From Lepidodermella squamata (taxonomy: Eukaryota; Animalia; Gastrotricha): a stretch of DNA of 64,000 bases. Positions 29,619-44,049 of this stretch are shown here, piece by piece; the stretch's first letter is position 1; each line of letters starts with the position of its first letter. Position numbers and translations under genes: made by a program. The notes below the pieces were generated by a model, which made no database searches, was not told the DNA's origin, and saw nothing but the letters and a program-made list of their open reading frames with translations. The stretch lies in the NCBI GenBank assembly GCA_047495785.1, contig JBLDXI010000021.1:2610225-2674224 (forward strand), written 5' to 3'.

Positions 29619-32600
29619 TGTTTGCACATACTTTATCTTGGTATCGCTCTACGGCCTACTGGCCCTGGAAACGCTCTACGGAATAGGAACTAAGCAAACT
29701 ATTTTTACCCCGGCGAATCTCACGTTGCTAAGTCACAAAGCCAGTATAAAAAAGGCGGTTTTCGATACATTTTCGCCATTCGGTACTTAATTTTGACATT
29801 CGGTTTACAAGGTGCTCCATACCACTGGGCAGAATTTATATTTCTTGGTATCCCTAGATAGCTCAGGACATGCTGTAAAAGATGGAGCCCAAGCGAACGA
29901 TTATTATCACTGTGAACCTCAAGTTGACAGGTCGCAGAAGTGGTAAGAATTGGGGTGCCGTAGTCGTTTTTTTGCCAAAAACGGGTGACATTTGTTCAAA
30001 CAAGCTTCTCTAGTCCGTTTTCGGATTTTCGATTTATTGGTTAGAGATGCTCTACTGGATAACACCATTCCAGTATTATTTTAACTTGCTAAATTTCAGT
30101 TTAAAACGCGACAAAATCGGCCAAAATAGCCCAAAACGAGACTTTGTAACCAATGATAGATGACATTCGGCCAACGCCAAGTCCCCAACCGCAAAGCGAA
30201 AGTTTAATTTCTCGGTGTCATCTGATAGCCAAGAGCAGTGCTCCGCAAACTTTTTTCACCGCCGGCATTTTTGGCGGCCGAAAAGCCATGGTTTCGGCCG
30301 CAGATACAATCTGACCATTCTCCGGCCGCATATAGTTCTATAATTTAGCAGTTGTTAGACAAAGACAGGTGTCATACGGACAACTGTACGTTCCTATAAC
30401 AGCCTGGCGGATTTTTTATTTTGTTGGGGTAGGTAAATAGCCTGGTAGATGCTCTATGAATCTGGAACCTCGCGCTATGAAATAATTTAGCCACATCGCA
30501 AAAAATTCCACGCGAAAACGAGTCAAAATGGGCTTAATGATAGCTCAGAGAACAAAACTGAGGTGAGCCATAGCACTGAATATTGGCTCTTGGCATGCCA
30601 TTGTTTTTTAACTCGGAGGCACGTGCCAATAAATCTTTGACCTCTTCGATTCCGGAAATCCTTTCGTTGGGCTTGAGATCGGCTAATAAGGCGGTATTGG
30701 AAGTAGGCAGTCGAGGTTTGGACCATCGATCCTATAATCTATAATCTATAACCTGCCCTGTGAGGCCCATGTAAATTAGGCATTTTCTACTTATAACAAG
30801 CGATGTGTTTAATTTTGGATCTCAGCGAGGTCTCGACTATTCAGTCGCGATGATATGCCCGATGGCCATTTTACAAGCCAACATGCCAACCCACAACTAC
30901 TGCCCTTCAAAAAATGGATTCGCCCGCCTTGCGCCTTGATCGTAGAACTTATTCCTTCCACAGGAAATACTATCACGACAAGGCCTTGTGGAAAATGTTG
31001 ATTTTTGTTTGATGTCATCCTTAAATTTGAATCTCAAGCTTCCCGACCTTCCTGAAAGGTTCCACTGATTTCATCCGTAATATTTCATCCACTGACATCG
31101 CTTTTTCCAACCAGATTAAGTTTGATTCGAATTCAGCTTCACATGTTGATTACTTGGTGCAAATAATTTTCGATTTTAGTGCTGGGAGCCTAAAAACTCA
31201 GTTCTTTGGCCCGTGGCACCAATCGATTCCAAAACCAGAAATATGTTGAAGAACCCATGAGCTAGCGGAATCGGGACTTCAAAATGACGTCCTTTGACGT
31301 AAAAAAGGGTTAAATACTGTTCGAAATCCTGACTTCGAACGGATTTTTCTATCTCAAAAATATTCCTAAACCAAATAACCCTTTGCCGAATCAATATCGA
31401 CTTCGTAATCACTAGATATCCACGGTCACCAAGTCATTCTTGAAGTTCCCTCATTTGCTAAAAATTCAGTGAAACTTGGTTCCGAGTGAGAACTGTTTTC
31501 GGATAATTAAAGTCACATTTTTGGATGTCTGATAGAAGAAGACATACCGTAGTTACCGAAATACAAGCCTACCCTTTGTCGGCACTTTGATGTTCTTTGT
31601 AGTGCCGCCTAGGCTTGTATTTCGGTAACTACGGTATGTCTGATGAAAAAAGTCACACCCTCAGCGTCAAGCAAAGTCAGATTTTCCCTCAAAAGCTCGT
31701 TTTACAAAATAAACCAGCCAGTGAAATACATTTATTCTCAGTCAAACAGTTAATCAAGGGTCTTTGGGCAAAAGATGCTCTGAGAAGTAACCAGCATCAT
31801 CCACGAGCATCAAGCGATACTCCTTTTTTAGTCAGTTTTCACTCATAGTTTTTCGTTTCTATAGAAACACACAGAAACACACGTGTGCGACACAAAAATC
31901 GCTGTGTCCGTAAAACAGCAAACAAAATATAAATAGCACCTTAATAATTTTCGAAATGAAATTTGTCGAAAGCTGATTGGCTCGCTTCTTTCTTCTTTCC
32001 TCTCTTTCCCGTCTGTCTGCTGGTCGACATAGGCCCGATTTTGCATTTGCCTTTAAAAGTTTATGTATGGCTCGCTTCAGTGACTCAAAACACAAGAATT
32101 CGTCTATAAAAAAGGAAGAAAAGGCACAGCGCCGCGCGCAGAGGCCAGCCTAAGGAAGAAGAAGGAAGAATAGGAAGTATAGAAAGGAAATAATAGAAAG
32201 GAAGAAAAGGAAGATGAGAGAAGGAAGAGGACGATTGTCTTTCGATGCGTGCAAATGAGATGCACGCCGAGAAGAGGTACCAAGTTTATTTCGATTTGAA
32301 AAAAGCACAAGCTGCGGTGCATTTGGTGCTGCACACACCCTCTACATTACTTGACAGCATTGCTAGTTTTTGTACCTTTTCTTTGCTTGAGTACAAATAG
32401 CTTCCGTGTAATTTGATAACTTACCGGTTTATCGCAACAGATCCGTGCAAGATCGGCTCGGCGGATTTCAACTGTTCGTTCGCTAGATTTAATAATTTGG
32501 AAATTAAATTTATCATACTCATGTCGTTTTTTGAATAGATTGCGCAGTAGCAGATTGTGTTTCGCGTTCTTTGTGTATCTTTGCAAATTCTAGGTTTAGG

Positions 32601-33022
32601 GTAGGACCAACATTTCCCAGCGTAGCTATCACTTCCCAATTTCCCCACACAAGTGAAATGGATTTCCAATCTATATTTAAATTACTCTATCTACTACCTA
32701 ATTAAATCTATATTTAATTTATGCCACTTGCTTTGGTGCTGCACGGGTCTTCTTTATTTACATTTGTTCGTGCGTTCAAGCAATGGCAAAATTCGTTTCT
32801 CTTTCCGTGAAAACGGCACCCTTCTCGATGATCGGCGCTTGTTGCCTTACGCTGTATTATAATCCTCGTAATTCTTATGAATAACATATTTTAAAACTTT
32901 GATGCTTTTTAGAACACTTCATCCATCCGCCTGAATGTGGTTTTCAGTGCGATGTGTATACGTTGTAATATATCGCTCCGGTATCATGGAAATGAACTGA
33001 ATTCAACAGTGCCAATCTCCTC

Positions 33023-36000
33023 ATGGCAATTATCATGACGAAATCTGTACGACCCAACTTACTAGTATTATTTGGCTGCATGTCCATTGGCATTCTGATG
33101 GATCTTGCCTTCGCAGACGTTTTCGGCGAGAGTAATTTCTGGACCAGCTGCTCTCGGCTGCCACGAGGTTGCAATTGCCAAGGACACAGCTATCCCTCAG
33201 ACGGGGTACATTGACAAATTTGCTAAATATATTGATGTTGGGCCCCGAGCCCGATTTCGGCCCATACGCGTTCGGGCCGGCCCCCATGCGGTCCGGTAAC
33301 AGTACTTTACCACTCCGCGCTCGAGCCGGTCTATAACGTGCCGGTATGCGACGTTCACTGCAAATTTAACGCATTTCATCGAATTCCGCTCCACTGCAGA
33401 GCACGGCGCAGAACAATTGGAACCAGTGCTGTTGTTAGTTGTCAGGCGCTCGCGCGCGCCGTACTCGGTCCGCCGGGTTTGGACCGGGACTTAATACAGT
33501 TATCGGGTAGGGCGTTGGTTGCAGGATGACCCAAGCCCGGCGACCCGATTCAAGGCCTGAGCCCGGCGCTGAACAATAGCGCTGGTTCCCATTGTTCTCC
33601 GCGTGCTCTGGCCAACACTTTGGCCGGCCCGTGTGCGGTGAGGCGTGATTTTTCGAGTTTTTTAATTTACATTAAACGTCCCATACGGGCATGTTTTAAA
33701 GCGTCCCGAGCGCGGATCGGCAAATCAATGTTACCCGTTTGCGTACGGGCAGAATTCGGACTCGGGCTCCAACATTGACAAATGGACAGTCGCCACTTGA
33801 ATTAACCTGCTGTGTTATTTCGACAGATGAGCATTGTGTGCAGCGATGTCGAGCTACTAGAATTTGGCGGTTTCCCATCTTTTATACCGGATAAAACGAT
33901 TTCCCTATCATTTTTGAACGTTACTTTCGGGCCGATTTCTTTGGGAAATTTCCAGCAACAAAGCTACGATGCTGATTTTAGGTTAAAAATCTTTTGAAAA
34001 CATTCATTTGTGCTAAAACGAAAAATTTGAAACATCAGGTATGGATCAACTGCTGGCTACATTATTTCAGCGAGGAACGTTGCCGATAAATCTTTTCACT
34101 CATTGAAAGCGTTAACATTCGATAGAACAGGTTATTGTCAATATTCGATCAATCGCGCATTATCTGCTGTCATGGCTTCAGAAAATCTCGCCTTTTTACG
34201 GTCATTTCCAATTTATATTACGTTTAAACTGTTTTCCCCTAAACTGACGTAAAGTAGAAAGTAGAAAGCAAGAATCGTCACTATGCCAACAAGACAGATA
34301 ATGCGCGGAAATCTATACAGGATGGCCGAAAAATTCCGCAGAAGGCGAATTCGATGCGCATCTATTTAATAAGAAGTTTTAAGTGAATGAATTTCAAGCA
34401 TTCTTTATTTGCCAATGGAACTCCTCCATTTCTTGAAACTCCTAATTGAAATGATGTGCATCGAATTCGCCTTCTGCGGAATTTTTCGGCCACCCTGTAG
34501 AGCACAACCAAACACTATTTTTTTAATTCCAGACTTGAAGCGGCTTGATCCAAACGTTTTCAGATCTCTCAACTTGACAAGCCTATATTTGACTTACAAT
34601 CCACTGCTAAGGTAAGGCGAGCTCGTCATGATGGCGATTTTTAGTAGATAGGTATAAACATTCAATTACCTAGTGAGCCCCCTACCTACTAAGGCATTTG
34701 GCTTTGAAAGCCGCGAAAATCGGATCAAACAATGCGGTCCCTTTAGAGTTTCACTGCAATTGAAAAATCACAGTATAGCCTAATGAGTCTTCAGGTATAT
34801 TTTCGGGTACCGTACTGCCCGAATTTTTTGGTATGTCCTCTATTTTTCGTCTTATATGAGAGACCGCCCTTTATTTGAGGCCTGACCTTTATTGTTTCGA
34901 ACCCTTCTCGACTATTCACATATCGTCATACAACGCCTCCAGTCGCTCGGAATCGGCCTCTAAATGGATCGGCATATGCGCGGTTTTTTAACCCGAGGGG
35001 AAGGCGATGATGATAATGATCGTAGTAGAATTTAAATTCCATTCAGCCATTTCGCAATTTATCAATAAATCACGAAATGATGATACACGGGTACCAGACC
35101 CAACCATTATTTGAGGCCTGACCGTTATTATTTCGAATGACCTTTGGACCCGTCTTATACTTGAGGCCGACCTGTATTCGAGACCGACTAACTTTTCGGG
35201 CAGTACGGTATATAGGTAAGTGATGCTTTTGTTTTACTGCACAATCCGGGGAATGTTATTTACAAATGCACAACTAACCCGAATATTATAAGGCCTTTAG
35301 CCAAATTAGACAGGCATTGGAAATTTGACCTTATTGCTATTCTGTTATCTTAGGACGCTCGATGACGAATTCGCTGATATTCTTGCGTGTAAACTTCGAT
35401 TCTGGTCTTTACAGGTAAATACGGATAGGGTGGCCTAAGTTGTGTAGTCTGAAAATGTGTTTGTGTAACCTCTCAAAATGGACAAGTGTCATCTAGAACG
35501 TGTGTGCGCGCCACCTTAATCTTCGAAGTGTAAACAAAACCAAGAAATCGCCACCTAATCTTGAATTATGTCAACAAAACCTTGAAAACGCAGCGCTGAA
35601 CTTGAAAGCGCCTCTAAAGACTGTAAATCGTAACCCGCGCCCATGAAATTGTCAACTTTTTCAGAGAAATTGTAAACTAAACCCTAGCCAACAGAAACTA
35701 ATGGAAAAAAGGCAAAAAGACAAGGGGGTTCGGATGAGTCATAGGTAGATAGCGCCTAGTTTGGCCGGGCCGGGCCGGGTACGGTGACCACGGGCCGGGT
35801 CTGCTTGTTGGACTCCTTTGAAGGGCCTGGCCGGGTTAAAAAATCTCGGAGCGAGCGCGTTCGAGCGGGGTAGCGGGGATTTACCACTCCTCAGGCCGCT
35901 CTAAAACATGCCCGCACGCGACGCTTGCAGGAAAAATGACGAATTCGAACTGGTCTCGCCTTATTGAACGTTGGCCGGCAGATGTGTTTTCATCACCGTA

Positions 36001-37928
36001 TTTTCATCATCGTCTCACGGATAGGGGAAAATTCTGTCTAATAACGGCTTGGGCTAGCATGTCAATAAAAAAATTCTATCCTTTTTCAGGAATATTAGTA
36101 AAATTTTTGAGATCTTTTTCTCCTTGTCCTAAATGATTTTACGTCATTGGGTTAGCAATTAAGTGATTCTCCCAGGGTATTAATAAAGCAGAAAAAGAGA
36201 TCAAGGAAGCTAGTTTTCTCTTCCGCGAACGTCACCAGCTGCGCGCTGGTGTGTTGTTTGTACACAATAATGATCGCTGGGAGTGGACACCCACATTTCA
36301 AAACCATGTGTGCGAGTGTGGATTAGCGCTCGTTGGACGGATGTCTGCAGGATTGAGGACTATTGTAAGCCGGACAGGATTAACGATTATTGCCCACCTA
36401 AAGGTTTTTGTGTCATCAGCTCATTTTGAAGCGAATATTGAACCAGAAAAATACGAAACCTTTTTAGCCAGGATGGCCTATCAAAAATCAAAAATCAAAA
36501 TAAGTCAAGAATAGTATTTCTATTACTATCATTGTCGGCCTGGTGGATTTTTATGGTTCCTGTCACTTTTTTGAGGTCATTGTTCGATGATGAGAGACGT
36601 AGCAAGCGAATTCAGCCCTATCTGTCTTCACAGTCATTTGAAAAAACAACAGCTGACGCAAGGTCATTATTGCAAAACACCCGATTTTCAAATGAATGTG
36701 AAGCGGGGTTGTCCTTGGATCGCGTTTGGTCCGGGTCGGTTCGGGTACAATCGGGTCCGACATCTTAGACCTGAAGACAACAGACAGAGATGGGGCCGAT
36801 ATCACTTACTATGTCTCTAAACATCGACCAATAAATGCCAAATTGAGTGAACAAAGCCGCAGTACAGTACCTCAAGCTGCAGGTTTTCCTCATTTTTGTT
36901 ACACGATCCTGAAAATTCACAGCCAGAAAGCGCAGAAAAAAATGCAAACAATTTACCAGAAAAAGTCATATGACAGCCTCAGGCCTCAGGCCAGCTGTTT
37001 TTAGCTTTCGGTGCGACATAGGCTCTCAACAAATGCAGCGGGCTATTTAAATGGGCATGGACTCAAAGAAATAGGGCTATCGCGCGAATTATTGATTTAG
37101 GACCCCATTTTAACGCACCTGACTACAGTTTCACTTTTGTGGTTACAATTCGCAGGTTTTGTTTACATAGTGCGCGCACAGGTGACACTTTACATTTTGG
37201 CTACGATTTACAGGATTAAGACTACGCAATTTATTTTAGCGATACGGATATTCGGTGTAAAAGCCGCTTTCTTCATGTACTAATTTTCTCTCATCCTGTC
37301 AGACGAATTCCTTTTCATGCAACGCCAATTCATCATGGCTTTTCCATATTTTGAATACCACAGCGCGACGTGGTCAAGGGCGAAGCAAAATGCGTGGTGA
37401 TGTAAGTTTTTTCAAATTTATATACCTATGATAGCATTATATATTTTTCCACTCTGTTCAAAGCCCTTCGCTGTGAAATGTATTGATCCACCATATGCGG
37501 AGAACAAGCCTCTGCTAAATGTTTTTGACAAATCGGTAGCAAAGTCAAAAGTCAGCTGCTCGGTTTCCTTAGACGAAGTCCGAAGTAACAGCGGTGATCA
37601 GGATGCGTCATTCTTTTTCTTTAGTGGGAATAGTACCACAGAAGACGAAAACACGATGCAAACAATACTCCCACTTGTGCTTGGATATGACGTAACCGAA
37701 TACGTTCAGCAGAACTCGCCAGCACTGCATTTACTACGCGAAGCTCATTTACCACCGATTCTGCCTAGTTCGGTATTTACCTGCTACTTATGGATGATCC
37801 TCTCTCTTTTCGCTACGCTGATTGTACTGTTTATCAGCATAACAGGTTCGTGTCATTACTGTTCGAAAAATGACACGAATCCGCAAAAGCAGAATGGTTA
37901 TTTTAGCGATATTCTCTTCAACCTCTGA
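33023..37928 (+). CDS. Leucine-rich-repeat single-pass membrane protein (multi-exon, repeat-laden introns)
   Basis: Signal peptide; LRRNT (SCSRLPRGCNC...IVCSD); LRR exon DLKRLDPNVFRSLNLTSLYLTYNPL; LRRCT (NSFSCNANSSWL...KCIDPP); TM YLWMILSLFATLIVLFISITG. 3' end uncertain. Confidence 0.62.
34318..34497. mobile_element. Tc1/mariner-type MITE (intronic)
   Basis: ~40-bp TIRs cagg.tggccgaaaaattccgcagaaggcgaattcgatgc, TA on both flanks. Confidence 0.85.
34810..35208. mobile_element. CCGTA-ended (Tc2/pogo-type) MITE (intronic)
   Basis: TIR ccgtactgcccgaa / ttcgggcagtacgg, TA flanks, internal tttgaggcc repeats. Confidence 0.8.
35440..37229. mobile_element. Degenerate TIR element, probably with nested insertions (intronic)
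   Basis: Inverted matches ttgtgtagtct/agactacgcaa and tgtaaacaaaacc/ggttttgtttaca near the two ends. Confidence 0.4.
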
Positions 37929-39383
37929 TATCTATATTTCCATATATCTTCATCTCACGCCTTGATAAAGTGGGGTGACCAATTGACCATAATGTGAGAC
38001 TGTGACGTATGATATCATGGCCGATATTAATAAAAGCTTGTGGCTGCTTGTAGATGCCGTTGGAGTGCAAAATATGTGCGTAATTTTTGTGTTTTCTTCA
38101 ATAATTGAGTGCAAGGATTGTTGGCGTATTGTTATGGTGCGTTCACAAACTAACTTCAGAGAGGGTGTCTTGACCGAACTTGAAACTTCGGAACACTCAA
38201 GCGAAACTTCGGTGGCGTTATCAGTGGCAATCAGTGGCAATCAGTGGCAAAGTTTCTATGGGTTAGGGTTAGGTTTTATGGCGAATGACAGGAGGCGTAT
38301 GTTGGAAACTAAGTTAAATATTCGTCAAGTTTTACTAAGTTAGGCTAAACCTTAAACCGAGATTCATCTAAAGATCCCAGTCATTTCGAGACACTTTTCT
38401 ATTAATTTATAAAATTTGACTAAAAAACGCCGATGAAGTCCCTTTTTGATTGATTTAGAATGTGTCATCTGGAACAAACTATTTGCGATTTAGGCTCGCA
38501 ACTTTTCTGCGTAAAAAATATCTCGATGAAAATATCTCTAGATATATAAAAAGTGGTCAGGATTCACTGCACATCTATGGGCTTCTTTATAGCTGTTTAA
38601 CTCATTGACTGCCAAGGCCCCGATGTATCGGTTTTTCCTAGGAGAAACACTAATATCTCCACTAATATTTGAAATGTTCTGCGGTTCACTGTGTGAACAA
38701 AGGGCGCGGTGCGTGCGGGTAACAATGTAAACAGCAATAATAACCACGCATCGCGCGCTACCGCGCTGCAGTCCTGTGTCACGTGCCGGCTGTTTGCTTT
38801 GTTCGATTATTAGAGCGATCGATCAGAGGGGAACGAATAACGAATTCGAATTAATGCGCCTTTTATGATGAGAATGGTGCCATAAACTTCAACAAATGCC
38901 GCGAGTATCATGAAATTCGAGCCAGTGACATATTTGGCTGGTTTTATATGAAATTTAGCTATCACTGTGATATCTCACCCTGCGCGCTTTATTTTCACCC
39001 TGAATAGCAGGCATGGCTATCGCCCAGTCATCGTGAAATCGCACCAAGGGCCACCCATGCATGACAGACGCGTGAAGAAATTCGGCTCCAAGGCGCAATT
39101 TAGAGCGGCCGATGACGATTTTGTTGTCAAGCTGAGCATCTGCTGCTTGGAGGCATTCCTTCAAGGCAACGAGCCCCAGCCAATAGGAGCGCGCGCGGAG
39201 AAAATACTGGCGGGACGGAAAATGTGCGATTTTCTTTCATTTTGAGTACATTGTATGTCTAGCCTTCAGCAAATTTCACCTGTCTTCGAAGGTATTCCCG
39301 GCGCGAGTTATGTTCAAAGCTAGATTAGCCACGATGTACTCTGCACGCTGCCAAGCGAGTTGCCAAGAAGGTTTTTGATGTTA

Positions 39384-39804
39384 CCCAGTCCGGCACGAGC
39401 ACTTTTGGCTCATTCGAACAACTCCGAACAATACGAGTTGACCCCCTTGTTCGCCCGTTTGAATTTTTTTTAGATTTCATCTGTTCAAGTGAAGATTTCC
39501 GATAAAAAATGTCATTGAAATCGCTAAATTGGGATTCTCGCATCACGAAACCCCTAACCCGCCAGGGATTACAGCGTACCTGGCAGGTACAACTGGAGCC
39601 CAAACCTGCCAGGTACGCGTCCCCGGTACTACCCTCCACGTCCCTTGCGTCCCTGGCACTACTTTCAGCGCTGCCGTTTTTAGCGTTTCCCAGCCGAACA
39701 ACTCCGAACAAATCCTAAAGTGCTCAAAAAGAGGCGAACAAAGGGGTCAAATCGAATTGTTCGGAGTTGTTCGAATGAGCCAAAAGTGCTCGTGCCGGAC
39801 TGGG
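39384..39804. mobile_element. MITE with ~50-bp TIRs
   Basis: cccagtccggcacgagcacttttggctcattcgaacaactccgaacaat inverted at 39756-39804; TSD unclear. Confidence 0.8.
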
Positions 39805-40915
39805 AAGTGTGGCCTTTGCCAGATTCAAGTTCATCCTTGAAATTATCCGCACCCTAGTAGATATACCCGAAAGCAATTTATTCTTACTTATCTGAACTTG
39901 GCAATCATCGAGGATTGATATTCGCGCTTCGAAAATTAGAATTTTTCTCTAAAGCTTTCTGATCTACTAGCTCCTAGAATTTGGATTGCCCCTAATTGAT
40001 AGTATTTGTTTCTATAGAAGCTGGCAACTCGAGCTACTATAATTTCAACCTTGAAATATGAGCTATTCTTGAACCTTGACCTTGGATAAATCGTTCACAA
40101 AGTCGGGCTTTGGATCAGTATGTATGTGTTTTTTACGTCAATGGCCGCCATTTCAATTACTGAAGTCATACTGAAGTCGATTAGAGCTTCGAATCAAATT
40201 AACGGAATTTCCTCGGCTTAGCTATGCGGTAAAAACGCTCGAAAACAGTCTGAATTCAGGCTCCTGGTTCCTTGTCAGAATTAACATTTTCGAGAATGGG
40301 ATGAAATGACTTTATGAAGGCCTTCTTTTGTCAGAAGTCTTCAGAAGTCAGAAATAACTAAGCTTAGGAATGGTCGATTAGAATGGGCTTCCTCTATTGG
40401 AACAGCTACGGTATTTGGTATTCGCGCATATTTTTCCAATATTTTTTTTAATTCAGGCCACTATTTGAACTAAACCAGCGTAAAGCTTCTCTACTTCTTA
40501 TTCGAAACAAAGAAAAAACACAGCCACGGTTGAGATAAAATTGAATATTGTATGGGAATTGTATGGTAAATTCCCAAGGCTAGGGCTATATTCCTGCACT
40601 GTATTCCTCAACAAATGGAATTTCAGGTCTTCAATCGAATCACTGGATTTTTCATTATCACGCCTATCTGAGAGATCTCCATATTACAAGGTATTTAGCG
40701 CTATAAGCGGTCAGTATATCGATTCCACAAATCAGTGATTTTCCCTTGGGAATATTCCAGATATCATCTGTCTTGAAACCCAACAAATAATCTTCCACAT
40801 AAAACCCAAGGTCCAAGGCATCATGTGGCTAAAACATAATACTCCCAGGTTCAGGGTAGGCAGCAATATCAAAAACAAAAACCGCTAAATCGCGAGAAAT
40901 CTGAACAATTCGGAT

Positions 40916-40957
40916 GGGTTAGGGTTAGGGTTAGGGTTAGGGTTAGGGTTAGGGTTA
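40916..40957 (+). repeat. Telomeric tract (GGGTTA)7, proximal boundary of the array
   Basis: Direct reading. Confidence 0.97.
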
Positions 40958-43014
40958 TTGGTAATAGTTTAATACAGACGAGCTGCAAACCGGGGCCTCT
41001 CGTTTTACCGAGAGTCAAACCGGGCCCTACCATTACTCCATCATAGGTATCCAAGATGAGCATCATTTTTATGTTTGTGATAATTCTTCATCACAAAAAT
41101 TATGTGTTCCTAACCACTCCGCGATAATACTGAGATCCGATAAAAAATTCCCGACAAATGGCTCAAAGGAACTCAGACAAAATTTGTATTCAAAGAATGA
41201 ATACAATTCAATCAGAAGAATGACCCAGGGGAGTCATTTTCTGTTTGATCTTATTTTACCATGACCCAGGGGAGTCAGGCAAATTATTTATTTTACCATG
41301 ACCCAGGGGAGTCAGGCAAATTATTAATATTTCACCATGACCCAAGGGAGTCAGGGAAATTACAAAGGATAGAATTAGAAATAAATAAATTGTAAACATT
41401 TCAACATAAGTCTACTGCCTTGGAACAGTTTCATAACTTTGAAAAAATTACTTCAAATTACATCAATATTCGTCAAACGTTGAAGCAAAAGTTATGAAGG
41501 GTTTTACACTAGTGCCCTCAAACTTACTATATGTTGAAAACAAAGTTTAACAGATAGTGCTGTTGAAGAGCGATTGATAATTTTACAGTCTTCGAGAAAG
41601 ACTTTTATAAGCTTCTTTGATTGAATGGCTGCGTAAATTATTTGTTCGCCAGATTTTGCCAATCGTCGTGCCAAGTCAAGTCACATGGATCTTATTCATG
41701 CGTTGTATTTAATTAGCGAGTCGTTCTTTATGAATGAAATAAAATTCCAAGCTCAAGTCACGTGCAAACTAAAGCACATAAAAAATTATTTCCAAGATAT
41801 TTCGATGATTTTGCGCTAAAGCCGACCAACGAGAAAAAAATTCCTATACAGAGTACTGCGCACAATAAGAAGTACTACGCGCGCATAATATTATAAGATA
41901 TACTTATAGCCCGCATTCTGTGTGAAAAAAATGAATGTACTGGACAAATGACCAACAAATATAAGTGCGCTTTTGTGGATGTTACCATGAAATCTTCTGC
42001 TTACCTGGTAGAGAACTGTCGAAAGTATCAGGAAATCGATAGAAAAGCATGTGCAACCGTGGGTTATTCACCGCTAGGCGACTTGAAAATGATCTGAAAT
42101 CGCAAAAACCTTGGAAAAATGCACCCACTGGTGTCTTGAGCGGCGTTTCTGCGAAAACCAAAATGGGTTCACCCACAGTTTTTCACATTCCCTAGCCGAG
42201 CACATGGATAGCTTATTAGGGAAGTAAGAAATAGCCAGTTAATATGGAGGACATCCACGGCTTTTCAGTATTTTCCCTCCCGGCTTGAAAATCGTGGAAA
42301 AATCGAAAATTGTATGTTTTTAGTCGCTCTTATCTCGAAAACACCCATGGTTGCACCATAGCTTTTTGTGGTCAAATAGGAGAAGGCACTAGGAGGAAGG
42401 TTTTAACAGGGAAAACAGCAAGAACCACCCCAACTTATCCAAGACTTTTTCGTCCTGATTAGCACTCACTACGTCACACCCAACACCTCGAAAATGCATG
42501 GCCTGGCGTCTTTTGGGGCATTGCTGCAAGAAAGAGCATGGGTTCAACCACAGTTTTTCACGTCCTTTAGTAGAGCACAAGAAGATCTTACTCAGGAAGT
42601 AAGAAATTGCCAGTAAATGCGGTGTTTATCCACGGGTTAAGAGTCTTTTCTCTCCACATCCGATTCAAGTCCGAATCGAAGAGAAAGTGAGGATTTTTCA
42701 TCTTTCATGGCACTTATCTTGAAAAAACCCGTGGCTGCACCATAAGTTTTTGTATTCAAACAGTAGAGGAGATTGAGAAGAAGGTTTCAAAAGAGAAAAC
42801 AGCACGAACCACGACAACTTATCCACGACTTTTTCGCCTTGATGGACAATCACATTTTAAGCTCAAAATCGAACTTCAAAACTGGGCTATTCACCTTACC
42901 TTACGCGGCAGAGCCCTTATTTCACCTGTAACAAGTTGAATGAAGCGCATACTTCTTATAAAATAGCAAATATGCGGGTGCTACCATGATTTGCCATGAT
43001 TTTCCATTCGGTCC
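40958..43014 (-). mobile_element. Non-coding telomere-attached segment C2 (diverged relative of element C)
   Basis: First ~85 nt after the telomere tract are homologous to the start of C; bounded by telomere tracts; internal 37-41-bp repeats x4 (41220-41360) and a diverged ~375-bp duplication (~42170-42860). Confidence 0.6.
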
Positions 43015-43069
43015 GGGTTAGGGTTAGGGTTAGGGTTAGGGTTAGGGTTAGGGTTAGGGTTAGGGTTAG
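43015..43069 (+). repeat. Telomeric tract (GGGTTA)9
   Basis: Direct reading. Confidence 0.97.
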
Positions 43070-44027
43070 TAGGGTTAGTACTATGGTCCTCCGGTTCAAT
43101 GTATTGCAAATTTTCAAGCAAAACTTTCCACCCCGTGACCAAGTTGTCACGGAGGTTCGTGCTGGTCATTGAGGCGCAGGCTTGACGCCACGCGTTGACG
43201 AATTCTTCACGCGGTTCGCCGAGGTTGATGCCGCGGGCCTTGCGGATGACCGTAACCGAGCTGCCTTGACTGCAGACGCTGTTGAAGGCGCGAGCGGTGT
43301 AGAGCGGTAGCGAGTCGGGGTCGCAGTAGAGGAACGCTTGCGACGCGTCGTCGTAGGCTAAGTGGGCGGCACCTGCGTGAGCCCAGCCGGAGCGGAGGCG
43401 AAGCGAGGTGACGGTGGCGGCGGCGAAACTGTCGCGTTCTGCAACGACTTTCGGGTCGACGAGCGAGTCTGTGGGAAAGAATTTGTTCATGCCATTAATA
43501 AAATTTCTTTCATGTGGCGTATAGCCGCCGCTGTTAACAGCAGTGCTAATGCGCGCCCGAATAATAAAATGATTAATAAATGATGCAAGCTTGGCCTGAT
43601 ATCGCTCGAGGATATCGTGACGGTGCTGTTGCTCGAGCCGTTGACGACGGTTAGAGGGCGGTGGTGGCGGCGGTGACGCGTTCCTTGGAGCACGATTGCT
43701 CGGAGCGGGCGGACGCTGCTCTCGCCATGAGCGGTCGCGATAGCGGTCTTCTCGGTCTTGAGGACGGTCTTCGCGGTAGTAATGGCGGTCGTCGCGGTAG
43801 CGCTGACGGTCTTCGTCACGGTGACGGTGTTGTTGTCGATGTTGATCGTCTTGTTCGCGGTAACGCGATTGAGACGGCGGCGGTGGTTGACGATGGCGAC
43901 CGGCGGTTGATGTCGAATTGTGGTAGACATAACGGAAGCCGCCAATGTAAGCGCGCTTCGCCGGATCGTTGTTGGCCGTGGTGAACCCGTTGTAATTATT
44001 TGCAACAAAGCGATTGTGATTTGACAT
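43070..44027 (-). CDS. Family A ORF1 N-terminal half (pLTR copy)
   Basis: MSNHNRFVANN... homologous to B ORF1 MSNRNRFVSNN...; runs into telomere repeats as poly(NP). Confidence 0.8.
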
Positions 44028-44049
44028 TTATCAAGATTTATTTATACTT

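Noticed and set aside
26500-32900. Short ORFs in the intergenic repeat-rich block
   Set aside because: Low-complexity or decayed transposon sequence; no transposase motifs recognised.
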